Assembly: GCA_048941015.1 (NCBI GenBank)
Contig: JBHLNZ010000020.1
Coordinates: 1 to 47,713 of the forward strand
Length of the DNA stretch: 47,713 nt
Direction of reading: 5' to 3'
Source of the DNA: Promethearchaeota archaeon
GTDB taxonomy: Archaea > Asgardarchaeota > Lokiarchaeia > Sigyniarchaeales > SOKP01
The first letter of the stretch is position 1. Each line of letters starts with the position of its first letter. Positions 38,581-47,713 of this stretch are shown in pieces. Position numbers and translations under genes: made by a program. The notes beneath the pieces were generated by a model. The model did not search any database. It was not told the DNA's origin and saw only the letters and a program-made list of their open reading frames with translations.

Positions 38581-38701
38581 TTTTTTCTTTAATATTTTTT
38601 TATTTCTTATTTTAGTATTTTCTTAAATTTTAAAAATTGGACTCTAAAAATCATTTAAATCTTATTTCTTTTTTATAATTAAAACAAAGAAAGTGATATA
38701 A

Positions 38702-39202
38702 TTGAAATACAAAAGAGACCAATACACCACTGGTTTTTCAATTTGTGCTTTATTAATTGCAGGCATGTTTTTCTATTGGGGAATAAATGCTTTCCTTAAC
38801 GGTTTTTGGCGATTTGGTATAAATTGGATGGGCTTTTTATGGATTGGTATAGGAGCAGCAATAATGGCTAGTCAAGTTGCTGCTTTAACTAATAGAAGCA
38901 AATTAAGAAATATTGTACTTCAAGAATTTGAACAAAACCCAAATATTTCAGTAGAAGAAATAAGTGCTAATACAGGTATATCAGTTAAAGATATTCGAGG
39001 AATAGTTTTAGATTTAAGAGGAGAAGGAAGAATTAGAGGAAAATTTTCCGAAACTACAGGAGAAGCTAAATCGATGGAAGTTGTTCCAAAAACAGAAGAA
39101 CCCAAATTAACGCCGGAAAAAGCAAAATTTTGTCCTAATTGTGGCACCCCAATTGAGCGAGAGAGCGCTGCCTTCTGTGCCTATTGCGGTTCAAAATTAT
39201 AA
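38702..39202 (+). CDS. 2-TM + winged helix + zinc-ribbon protein, paralog 2
   Basis: Same architecture; CPNCG...CAYCG; clear similarity to paralog 1. Confidence 0.75.
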   Translation: MKYKRDQYTTGFSICALLIAGMFFYWGINAFLNGFWRFGINWMGFLWIGIGAAIMASQVAALTNRSKLRNIVLQEFEQNPNISVEEISANTGISVKDIRGIVLDLRGEGRIRGKFSETTGEAKSMEVVPKTEEPKLTPEKAKFCPNCGTPIERESAAFCAYCGSKL

Positions 39203-39271
39203 TATTAATTATTTTTTCTTATTTTATATTTTTTGTAATCAATTGTAATTATTATTAATTAATATGCAAAT

Positions 39272-40660
39272 TTATTTTAATAAGAATAAATCACAAATGT
39301 GGTTAGCTATAATTTTTCCATGAGCTACCGCATCAACCACACTCTTTGATCCTGTTACACAATCTCCCCCAGCTAAAACTTGTGGAATAGATGTGAAAAA
39401 TTTATCGTTTATTTCAATGGTGTTCCAACTAGTGATTCTTAATTCATTTGTATCAAATTTATCTAAATCTGGCTCCTGTCCAACTGCTTCAATCATGTAA
39501 TCTGCTTCAACTTTAAAATTTGAATTTTTAATTGGAATTGCTTTTGGACGTCCAGATGAATCTTCATCTCCTAATTCCATTCTCTGGCATACTGCACCTT
39601 GTAATTCTTCTTCTGTACATATAAACGCAACCGGATTAGTTAAAAAGCTGATTCTTATCTCTTCTTCTAAAGACTCTCTAATCTCAGTTTTACCCGCAGG
39701 CATTTGTTCTTGATTACGTCGATAAATAATTGATACATCAGCTCCTAGTCGTTTTGCCACTCTTGCCGCATCAGTTGCAGTGCTTCCACCTCCAATTACT
39801 GCAACTCTCTTATTCTTGAGAATGGGGGTTTTCTTTTTTAAATTATAGTTTTTCAAAAATTCCAAAGCTTGTAAAACTTTATTTGATTCTTCACCTGGAA
39901 GTCCTATATGCTTTGGTTTATGGGTTCCAATTCCTATTACTACCCCATCATATCCAGATTTAAATAGATTCTTAATTGTGAAGTTATCATCAACAGATTG
40001 ATTGGTTTTAAACTCAATACCTAAAGCTCTTATATTCTTGAGCTCATTATTTAAAATTTCTCTAGGTAGTCTGAAAGCAGGAATCTCTGAAATTAACATC
40101 CCTCCTATAACATCAAGTTTTTCAAAAACTGTAACTTTGATTCCAAATTTCCGTAGATAGTACGCTGTGCTTAAACCTAGAGGTCCAGAACCTATTATTG
40201 CTACCTTTTTTCCTATATCTGGTTTACATTCGAAATACTCATCAATTGGTTCATAATTGTCTACTAAATAACGCTTTATGGTTGGAATCTGTATAGGATC
40301 TCCTTTTTTTCCTGCAGTACAATGTAACTGACAATATCCTGGGCAGATTCTTTCAACGCTCCTTGGGAATGGATAATGTTCATAGATGATGCGAAGAGCT
40401 TCTTCAATATTATTCTCTAAAACATTTTTAATGATTTCCCTTGAATTGCAATGGGTTGGACAATACTTCATACAAGGGGGAGGTTTTGCTTCAGGATCGC
40501 TTTTTTTAAAACATTGATAGCATCTTTCACATTCTTTTATGACCTCTTCAAACTTGGTATATCCCAAGTTGACTTCTTTAAAAGAATTTATTCTCTGTTC
40601 AATAGGTAAATATTGACAATCAATGGCTTTTTTACTTCGAACTTTTACTTCTTTTTCCAA
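39272..40660 (-). CDS. GltD/NfnB/SudA-like Fe-S flavin NAD(P) oxidoreductase
   Basis: F.EV.LGY, RCYQC, C...CP, RICP..CQ..C, GSGP.G, GGGSTA.D, GGDCVTG. Confidence 0.88.
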   Translation of the reverse strand: MEKEVKVRSKKAIDCQYLPIEQRINSFKEVNLGYTKFEEVIKECERCYQCFKKSDPEAKPPPCMKYCPTHCNSREIIKNVLENNIEEALRIIYEHYPFPRSVERICPGYCQLHCTAGKKGDPIQIPTIKRYLVDNYEPIDEYFECKPDIGKKVAIIGSGPLGLSTAYYLRKFGIKVTVFEKLDVIGGMLISEIPAFRLPREILNNELKNIRALGIEFKTNQSVDDNFTIKNLFKSGYDGVVIGIGTHKPKHIGLPGEESNKVLQALEFLKNYNLKKKTPILKNKRVAVIGGGSTATDAARVAKRLGADVSIIYRRNQEQMPAGKTEIRESLEEEIRISFLTNPVAFICTEEELQGAVCQRMELGDEDSSGRPKAIPIKNSNFKVEADYMIEAVGQEPDLDKFDTNELRITSWNTIEINDKFFTSIPQVLAGGDCVTGSKSVVDAVAHGKIIANHICDLFLLK

Positions 40661-41007
40661 ATTACTTACCGTTAATAGGAATTGAAATTTAGGATAAAAT
40701 GTTTAATAATTTTCACTTATTAACTAATTTAAAACAGTAATAATTCTATATATTCAAGCAAAAGTCTAAATTTAAAAAGATTTAGTTTATAATGTATAAT
40801 TTCTCCTTCAATTTATTGTTGAAAATAAAAGTTAGAAATATTTCAAATTCCTATTAAATTAAAGTCAAATTTTAATATAGCTATGGAATATATATCTATT
40901 AAAGCTAATGGAAATCACTCTAAATTTAAATAAAGTTAAATAAGACAATTAATTTTATATTTATATCACTTTTTCTTGAAGTTATTGTTTATAAAAGGTG
41001 GTTAACA

Positions 41008-41142
41008 ATACCAAAGAATTCTTATGAAGAAAAACAACAACTTAAAAATGAAAGATTGCGAAAGAAGAGTATTAAAAATACTAATTCAAATCGCAAAAAG
41101 TCTCTATTAGAAAAAGAATCTGAATTTATAAAAAAATTATAA
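41008..41142 (+). CDS. Putative small basic protein (44 aa, ATA start)
   Basis: AGGTGG SD, 6 nt, ATA CCA AAG...: MPKNSYEEKQQLKNERLRKKSIKNTNSNRKKSLLEKESEFIKKL. Confidence 0.3.
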   Translation: MPKNSYEEKQQLKNERLRKKSIKNTNSNRKKSLLEKESEFIKKL

Positions 41143-41258
41143 TCAATTATTCAATTTATCTTCTTTTTAATGTGGTTTATTATTATTAGACTGGAGTGGT
41201 TTAATAGTGGATTTTAGTAAAATTTTAATTACAAATTGGATGCTAAATTTTTGTGATT

Positions 41259-41414
41259 ATGATGAACGAAGAAAATATACTAGAGGAATTAAAAGATTTA
41301 AAAAAAAAAGTGGAACATATTCGAGATATTAATCGAACTACAAATATATTGTTAGCTTTATTTCTAATATTATTTTTATTGATAGCATTGGTTAATGGTT
41401 TCCGTTGGTTTTGA
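41259..41414 (+). CDS. Small coiled-coil tail-anchored membrane protein (51 aa)
   Basis: MMNEENILEELKDLKKKVEHIRDINRTTNILLALFLILFLLIALVNGFRWF. Confidence 0.5.
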   Translation: MMNEENILEELKDLKKKVEHIRDINRTTNILLALFLILFLLIALVNGFRWF

Positions 41415-41449
41415 CACACATGAGGAGGCACGCTAACTTTTATATCTTT

Positions 41450-42442
41450 CTAAGGTGGATACCTAAGTTCATAAATACTTTTTCCTCCATTTAGAGGTCC
41501 TTTAATATAAAGCTCAATTTCTTTAGGATCTCTTTGGGTAATACCCTCAATTGGAGGTAATTGCCCCGGTGGAAAAGTCTTTAATATATCATTTACTAAT
41601 TTTTCCAAGTAATCTAAGAAAGCTTCGATGCCAGGCTCTCCTTTTTCGAAAGTTGCTTTACTTGGACAACCTACATGACCTTCAGGATATGCAGATACTT
41701 CTATTGGACCAAAACCAACTTGACCATACCATCGAATTGGTTTTTGATAGATATTTCCTGCTTTATCAACATGCCCATCAGGCATCCAGCCTACTACTTC
41801 ATTATCTTCACAAGAATCTATCTTTTTAATCATTTCGGGGAATAATGTCATTGAAAAAGAGGTTTCTGCTTCATCAGCATGAATAAATGGTGTTTCAAAA
41901 GGTCCTCCATGCTCTTTATCCTTACAATATTCAGGAATCGCATGATACCAATTTACGTTACATATAACTGCAGGTAATTGGTAATTTTTAGCCCATTCAT
42001 GAATTGCACTGGGAATTACGTATTCTTGTCCATGCCCATTCAATAGGATCATTTTTCTGAATCCCATATTCCAACATCCTGCCATCACTGCTCGTAATAA
42101 TCCTTTAAAAATTTCTTCAGGAACTATTATAGATCCTGGCATTCCTACATGGTGATAAGGATGTGAACCATACCACGTTGGTTGGGCTACAGTACATCCT
42201 GTTTTTTGTGCTACTAACTCTGCCATTCTTGTTACGAGAAAAGTATCTTCTCCTATACAAGCCGCAGGACCATGGTTTTCTGTAGAACCAACAGGAATAA
42301 TAATAATATCATTTTTTTTAACACGCTCTCGAATTTCATTTATAGACATGTTTTGTAGGTAGATCCCATCTGGTAAATCCATGTGACCTCTGCATAATTT
42401 ATCACATGGAGGGGGTAAATTCCATGATTTATCTTTTTTCAT
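41450..42442 (-). CDS. iolN: 3-dehydro-scyllo-inosose hydrolase (creatininase family)
   Basis: IPVGSTENHG, GEDTFLVTRMAE, HPYHH.GMPG, NGHGQE, ETPFIHADE.ETS, HVDKAGN; closely matches Thermotoga IolN as I recall it. Confidence 0.85.
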   Translation of the reverse strand: MKKDKSWNLPPPCDKLCRGHMDLPDGIYLQNMSINEIRERVKKNDIIIIPVGSTENHGPAACIGEDTFLVTRMAELVAQKTGCTVAQPTWYGSHPYHHVGMPGSIIVPEEIFKGLLRAVMAGCWNMGFRKMILLNGHGQEYVIPSAIHEWAKNYQLPAVICNVNWYHAIPEYCKDKEHGGPFETPFIHADEAETSFSMTLFPEMIKKIDSCEDNEVVGWMPDGHVDKAGNIYQKPIRWYGQVGFGPIEVSAYPEGHVGCPSKATFEKGEPGIEAFLDYLEKLVNDILKTFPPGQLPPIEGITQRDPKEIELYIKGPLNGGKSIYELRYPP

Positions 42443-42921
42443 ATTTTAATCACATAATATCAATTTTTAATTATTTTAAAACAAAAACAAATGAAAAAGT
42501 TTTGCTTAATTCTTCAACCATTCTTGTATGTATTCTATAAGTTGCTTATTTAATTTTGGATCCTGCCTGATTTTACTCTAATCTCATCTTTCAGGTTTTT
42601 AAATACCTAAGACTTTGCATAGTTTGGCGGCGTCTTTTGATAATACTTTATATTTGATAGCAATATATATCTGGGGTATTTTCCAAATCAACTTTTTAAG
42701 GTTTTTATCTAATTTTTTCTAAATTTATATGCCTATTTGTAAATTTTATCATTTTTATAGCATTTTTAACACTCTCTTCTTTAGGAATTAACCATTGGAA
42801 GAAATCATAATGTTTAATAATAAAAACATATAATTCTTCTTTTAATACAAAAATGTGAAATCTTACATAATTGTCATTTAATTTAAATAGAGTTTAAAAA
42901 CCATCTAAATAAAGGATATAA

Positions 42922-44610
42922 ATGACAGAAAAGAAAGTCCCCACGAAGAAAAAAGCTCCGAAAATTGGAGAATTAAAGAAAACCTTAACAGTAGGTGGTA
43001 TTATCTCTGCTATCGCGGTAGTAGGTATTATAATGGGAATATACATTATCTCAAAATCTACTCAATATGGGGGTGTTTTATACGTGTGTGCTTCTGCTCT
43101 TCCATACACTATCGATCCAATCGATGTTATGGATCCAGGAGATGCAGATACCATCAATCAAGTTACAGAAGGTTTGTTTGGTATTGGTGAGAATTCAGAA
43201 ATAATTTATTGTCTTGCAACAGATGATGAGTGGAGCATTGATGGCATTAACCTTACTTGTATACTTAGACAGGGAGTAAAATTCCATGATGGAACTCCTT
43301 TTAATGCTTCAGCTGTTAAATGGAATATCGACAGAACATATAGACTTATTGACAATGTCCCGTTTAACTTTCTATGGTTACTCCCTGATGGGAGGCCTAT
43401 TATCAATGAAACTATAGTCTTAGATGAATACACTATTAAATTCATATTAAATACTCCTTATGCTCCTCTTCGAAGTTTATTTGCATCGACATATTCGTAT
43501 ATAGTATCCCCTACCGTTACACCTGCTAATAGATTTATTGATCGATTCACTGAAAGTCTTGTAGGAACGGGTCCATTTAGGTTTGATTTTTATGCGGAGG
43601 ATGATAAGGTTTCATTATCTGCTAATACAAATTATTGGGATGGTAGACCTTTACTTGATAAATTAATTTTCCTCAGACCAACAAAATCCGTGGAAGAAGC
43701 ATTAAAATCAGGTGAAATTCATATGAAAAAAGCTGTTAGGTTCAATGAAACAACACTCAATTACTTCAGAAATAATCCTTCGTTTACCGTATCAGATCCA
43801 ATACCGTTCCCATATCGCGATATAATCTTAATGAATAACAAATTGATAAACGTAAAAATGAGAAAAGCAATCTCCTATGCATTCAATTATTCGAACTATC
43901 AATTATCCTTTCGTTATGTTAGAGCTAAAGGTCCCATTCCAGAGGGAATTTTATATTGTAATACATCCGGTATAGATGTTCCTTATTATAATATTTCAAT
44001 CGCAAGACAAGCTTTAAAAGATGGAAATTGGCCGGGAACGGAAACCTTAACTGCAAACGATGACGTTAGCCCTGGTAATCCTTGGGAATTAGTTGCTACA
44101 AGTTTAACACCCCTCGCGACTTATAATTATTCAGCCTGCTATAATTGGGAGTGGAGTATCGAGTATGGGGATCGAATTTATGAAGACCTTAAACAAATTG
44201 GGGTAAAAATTGAACCTGTTAATTTATCGTCGTCGCAGTGGTTGAGCATTTACCTTGAATTGGAGGATTGTCATAGAGATATGTTTGAACTTGCTTTTGA
44301 CTTTTGGATTGCGGATTATAACGATCCTAGCAATTTTATTAATGAATTTTATACAAATAAAAAGAAAGGGTATAATGCTGGACAATTTAATGATACACAA
44401 ATACAAGAATGGATGGATGCAGCTTTATATGAAATAGATCCCAACGCCAGGAGACTATTATACTATTTAATTCAAAAAACTCTTCTTGAAGATCTTTATC
44501 CGAGTGTTTTTCTTAATTCTTGGACACGCACAGATGTTTACGTATCGAATTTAATAGGTTGGAATCCCCACCTATTTAAAGATTCATTTAAAAACGTTTA
44601 TTTTAAATAA
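42922..44610 (+). CDS. ABC substrate-binding protein family 5 (DppA/OppA-like), membrane anchored
   Basis: LRQGVKFHDGTPFNA.AVKW, GTGPF, MRKAISYA, W.ADY.DP. Confidence 0.88.
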   Translation: MTEKKVPTKKKAPKIGELKKTLTVGGIISAIAVVGIIMGIYIISKSTQYGGVLYVCASALPYTIDPIDVMDPGDADTINQVTEGLFGIGENSEIIYCLATDDEWSIDGINLTCILRQGVKFHDGTPFNASAVKWNIDRTYRLIDNVPFNFLWLLPDGRPIINETIVLDEYTIKFILNTPYAPLRSLFASTYSYIVSPTVTPANRFIDRFTESLVGTGPFRFDFYAEDDKVSLSANTNYWDGRPLLDKLIFLRPTKSVEEALKSGEIHMKKAVRFNETTLNYFRNNPSFTVSDPIPFPYRDIILMNNKLINVKMRKAISYAFNYSNYQLSFRYVRAKGPIPEGILYCNTSGIDVPYYNISIARQALKDGNWPGTETLTANDDVSPGNPWELVATSLTPLATYNYSACYNWEWSIEYGDRIYEDLKQIGVKIEPVNLSSSQWLSIYLELEDCHRDMFELAFDFWIADYNDPSNFINEFYTNKKKGYNAGQFNDTQIQEWMDAALYEIDPNARRLLYYLIQKTLLEDLYPSVFLNSWTRTDVYVSNLIGWNPHLFKDSFKNVYFK

Positions 44611-44664
44611 ATATTAAGTTATAACTCAGTGGAATGTATAAAATAGGTAAACTTCAGCCAATTT

Positions 44665-45642
44665 CTAATCACTATGAAGATAAATAGAACGACATGTAGA
44701 GCAAGGATTTGTAATGTAAAATGTCATGTTATAATTATTTATTGTAGGAAAATCAAAAGAAATAAACCAAGTCTTTTCATTATCGTAGTCGGTAGAAAAT
44801 CCCTCCTGAGGTGAATTGGGAGACCCAGATAATAAAGGGAAATAAATCCATGCTCCAATAATTGCACTTTTATCTTTATAACCAATAGAGAATTTACCAT
44901 CAAATACCCAAGCAATACCGGTTATATTAGCATCCATATCTTTTTCTTGAGAGATAAAAACGTTCATATCACCCCCTGTATTATTTAGTATCCAATTACT
45001 GTTTTGAATGTATTCCACATTATATGACTTTAACTCTAATTTTCCTTCATTCGTTATTCCAGTTATGTTTCCTCCTATTGAGCATCCTTGAAAATCATAT
45101 AATATGTTCCCTTTGGATAAATCAGTTCTTAAGTTACCAATGGAAACTCCATATGGAACAGTAATTTCAAAATCTCCATCATCTAATATGAGAAAAATAT
45201 CTAAAACTACATCCTTTCTAATATTTACAACTGTATTAACATTCTTCCTTAAAGAGGGATCAAACCAATCATCAGATATAATTTCTATTGAAAAGTTCAC
45301 TATCGAATTTCTATTTTCCAATTCTGGGGTGATATCGAAAAAATCCTCATGGGACTTTCCAGCTATATTTGTTCCACTCATTTCAATATTTACTTCCACC
45401 TTTACAAGATAATCAACAGAAGGTTCAATGTATCTTACCTCAATATCACCTACCTCAATATCAAGATCTAAAGCTTGGATTTCAGAAGAATTATTAGAAT
45501 AATAGGGGTAAGTAAACTGTTTATCAATAACATCATAACCTGATAAAGTAAAATGTAAAGAAAGAATCGAGATTGGGATAATAATTAGTCCAAAACTAAT
45601 TATCATAGATAATGCAAATACACTAGTTCCTTTGTTTACCAT
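44665..45642 (-). CDS. Membrane-anchored beta-rich extracellular protein (DUF4097/adhesin-like)
   Basis: N-terminal TM; repeated I....GD/GN/GK beta-strand units. Confidence 0.5.
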   Translation of the reverse strand: MVNKGTSVFALSMIISFGLIIIPISILSLHFTLSGYDVIDKQFTYPYYSNNSSEIQALDLDIEVGDIEVRYIEPSVDYLVKVEVNIEMSGTNIAGKSHEDFFDITPELENRNSIVNFSIEIISDDWFDPSLRKNVNTVVNIRKDVVLDIFLILDDGDFEITVPYGVSIGNLRTDLSKGNILYDFQGCSIGGNITGITNEGKLELKSYNVEYIQNSNWILNNTGGDMNVFISQEKDMDANITGIAWVFDGKFSIGYKDKSAIIGAWIYFPLLSGSPNSPQEGFSTDYDNEKTWFISFDFPTINNYNMTFYITNPCSTCRSIYLHSD

Positions 45643-45778
45643 AATTAAATAGTCTTAAATTGAATTCAATGCCTCTAATGATTTTGTTAAGAGTTGTTTC
45701 TATTTAAATCAATCCCTTAAAAAATTACATCTTTGATTCTGTAGCAAATTAAAATGCAGTTAAGTACAATTGAATAAT

Positions 45779-45829
45779 TTAATGACAAAAAATATGGCCT
45801 GTCTTTGGAGGTAAATTCCATTTACCCAT
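45779..45829 (-). pseudogene. Relic 5' end of an iolN-like gene
   Basis: MGKWNLPPKTGH-IFCH-stop versus intact IolN SWNLPP...GHMD; shares GGTAAATTCCAT with 42414-42425. Confidence 0.5.
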
Positions 45830-45924
45830 TTTTATTATTCACATTAAGTTTAATTTTGTATTAATAATTTCAATGAATACTATATGTCAAATTTTTTAAT
45901 AATTGCAAATAATTAGTTAATTGT

Positions 45925-46737
45925 ATGTTGCTCAGTATAGTTGCTGGGTTAAATGAATCCAAGAGTAATCAAGAAACCGTAATTAAGAGGTTTTCTTCAT
46001 TATGTCAGTTATTAAAGCCATTGAATTATGACGGAATTGAACTTAGCCTCCTAGAACCAGAAAAAATAAATATCATAAAATTGATTGAAGTAGCAGAATC
46101 CTACGACATGAAAATACCTGCGTTGGGAACTGGGAGTACCTATGTTAGGTTTGGTTATTCTTTTGGGGATCAAGATGATACAATTCGAAAAAAAGCTATT
46201 GAAAGAATAAAATGTTATGTTGATTTTGCGAAAGAAACTGACTCAAAAATAATTATTGGTTTAATCAGAGGAAGGTATAAATATGATAATAATCCCCAAA
46301 AGGAGAAAATAAATATCATTTCTTCAATGAAAGAAAGTTGTTGGATTGCAGAAGAAAATAACGTTCAACTCGTTTTTGAACCAATAAACCGCTTTGAAAT
46401 CGATTCTTATAATACAATCTCGGAATCAGTCGATTTAATAGAAGAAATCGGGTCTGATAATTTAAAATTGTTAGTTGACTCTTTTCATATATATTTAGAA
46501 GAAGATCCTGGTTTTATTTGGGATTATTTAGAAGAAATTGCGCATTATGTGGGACATATTCACCTTGCTGACACTACTCGGCGCGCTCCAGGATCAGGTC
46601 ATTTTGATTTTAAAACCTTTTTGAATATATTTAAAAAATCAGGGTATAATAAATTTGTATCAATTGAAACTATAATGAATCCTTCCTTTGAAGAAGTAGC
46701 AAAAGAATCTGCTGAATATTTAAGAATAATTTTATAA
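45925..46737 (+). CDS. iolO: 5-keto-L-gluconate epimerase-like TIM-barrel
   Basis: GTG..Y, IRKKAIER, IIGLIRG, EPINRFE, DSFH, HLAD..R.APGSGHFDF, S.E. Confidence 0.78.
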   Translation: MLLSIVAGLNESKSNQETVIKRFSSLCQLLKPLNYDGIELSLLEPEKINIIKLIEVAESYDMKIPALGTGSTYVRFGYSFGDQDDTIRKKAIERIKCYVDFAKETDSKIIIGLIRGRYKYDNNPQKEKINIISSMKESCWIAEENNVQLVFEPINRFEIDSYNTISESVDLIEEIGSDNLKLLVDSFHIYLEEDPGFIWDYLEEIAHYVGHIHLADTTRRAPGSGHFDFKTFLNIFKKSGYNKFVSIETIMNPSFEEVAKESAEYLRIIL

Positions 46738-46790
46738 AAATGAAGAATAAATAAGAAAAAAAAGAGTATTGAAATTTAAAATAAAAAAAA

Positions 46791-47345
46791 TTATTTTACT
46801 TCAATTTTTTTCTTTTCCTTTTTCTCAGGTTCTTTCTTCGGAATTTTAACAGTTAAAATCCCTCTATCTAGATTTGCATCAATTGATTCTTCATCAATGT
46901 TTTCTGGTAAATTAAAAGCTCTGTAATAGGTGGAGGAGCTATATTCTCTTCGTATATATCCTTCCTTTTCTTCCTTTTCTTCGCGTTTCTGTTCTCCTTT
47001 GATTTCCATAAGTCCATCTTGGAAAGATATTTCAATATCTCCCTTGTCTAAACCAGGTAATTCTGCAGTTATTGCATACTCGTTTTCATTTTCAGTTATG
47101 TTGGATAAAGGTGTTCTGAAAACAGGCATATCTTCCCATTTAACTGGTTCATATCTTCTTCTTCTAAAAGGCCAGAACAAACTATCATCAAAGTTTCTCC
47201 AAAGATTATCAAACATTCTATCCATTTCCTGAAATAACGAAAAAGGACTTTCTCGTCTAATGGCTAATTCTCGAGATTTTTTATTCCCTTCAGTTTTTTC
47301 TTCTTTTTTACCTTTCTTAACTTCTATTTTTTTATCATTATCCAT
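46791..47345 (-). CDS. hsp20: Small heat shock protein Hsp20
   Basis: AELPGLDK.DI, RRE.....YRAF.LP, A.LDRGILTVKIPK. Confidence 0.92.
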   Translation of the reverse strand: MDNDKKIEVKKGKKEEKTEGNKKSRELAIRRESPFSLFQEMDRMFDNLWRNFDDSLFWPFRRRRYEPVKWEDMPVFRTPLSNITENENEYAITAELPGLDKGDIEISFQDGLMEIKGEQKREEKEEKEGYIRREYSSSTYYRAFNLPENIDEESIDANLDRGILTVKIPKKEPEKKEKKKIEVK

Positions 47346-47568
47346 CTATTTCACCTCATAAATATATTTTATTTAGATTATAGAGATTTGGTTAATGATA
47401 TATTGTAAACCACCAATTGACAATAAATCATTTCATATATTTAAATCTTATGACTCAAAAAATTAAATAGGAAAAAAAATTAAATTATAAAAATCGACCT
47501 CGATTTGGTTGATTCTTGATTAATTTTAATTTTTTTTATCTTAGGAATTATTTATCAATGAATTAGGA

Positions 47569-47713
47569 TTAATAGCTAATTTTTGCAGATATTTTACAAT
47601 GTTTTTTATTGGTTTGTAATAATTTTAAATTTTCTGGAACTTCACTAAGAGTAATTTCTTTTGTAATCATAGGTGTTACATCCATACCTGCTGCCATAGA
47701 TGAAATTACATTA
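47569..47713 (-). CDS. iolM: C-terminus of scyllo-inosose 3-dehydrogenase-like Zn-ADH (partial)
   Basis: NVISSMAAGMDVTPMITKEITLSEVPENLKLLQTNKKHCKI-stop resembles the IolM C-terminus as recalled (VISLMASGMD....K...EE.PE....LQT.K..K). Confidence 0.6.
   Translation of the reverse strand, partial: NVISSMAAGMDVTPMITKEITLSEVPENLKLLQTNKKHCKISAKISY

Noticed and set aside
42443-42921. Possible decayed gene in the iolN-SBP intergenic region
   Set aside because: All frames I read are interrupted by stops and no family is recognisable.
452-47232. Short antisense or alternate-frame ORFs in the track (e.g. 4133, 4503, 5403, 6577, 10441, 14522, 33854, 41243, 46930)
   Set aside because: Shadows of well-supported genes or low-complexity AT-rich DNA.
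1-47713. CRISPR array, rRNA, integrase or transposase
   Set aside because: No spaced repeats, rRNA-like segment or recombinase motifs seen; no duplicated tRNA 3' end (att site) noticed.

Overview
AT-rich archaeal chromosomal segment, most likely Lokiarchaeia (Asgard). This is inferred from the archaeal tRNAs (one with a BHB-type intron), longin/roadblock, SCP2 and small-GTPase genes, and an SMC5/6-like operon. The main candidate for an undescribed system is an ArsR/Acr3 arsenic-type operon (3203-7996). It encodes a class I SAM-methyltransferase fused to an HgcA-like corrinoid membrane protein (cap helix NVWCAARG), an HgcB-like ferredoxin, an ArsD-like CxC protein and a ubiquitin-like protein ending Gly-Cys, so it may be a self-contained corrinoid-dependent Hg or As methylation module. 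Other highlights: (1) a degenerate AAA+ / SMC5/6-like / kleisin / kite operon; (2) an MglA-like GTPase pair; (3) four SCP2 genes around a tRNA-Asp with a T-loop intron; (4) Thermotoga-type inositol genes iolM/N/O with a relic iolN 5' end; (5) several probable ATA start codons. No CRISPR array, rRNA or intact transposase was seen. All family calls come from motif recognition, not database searches.
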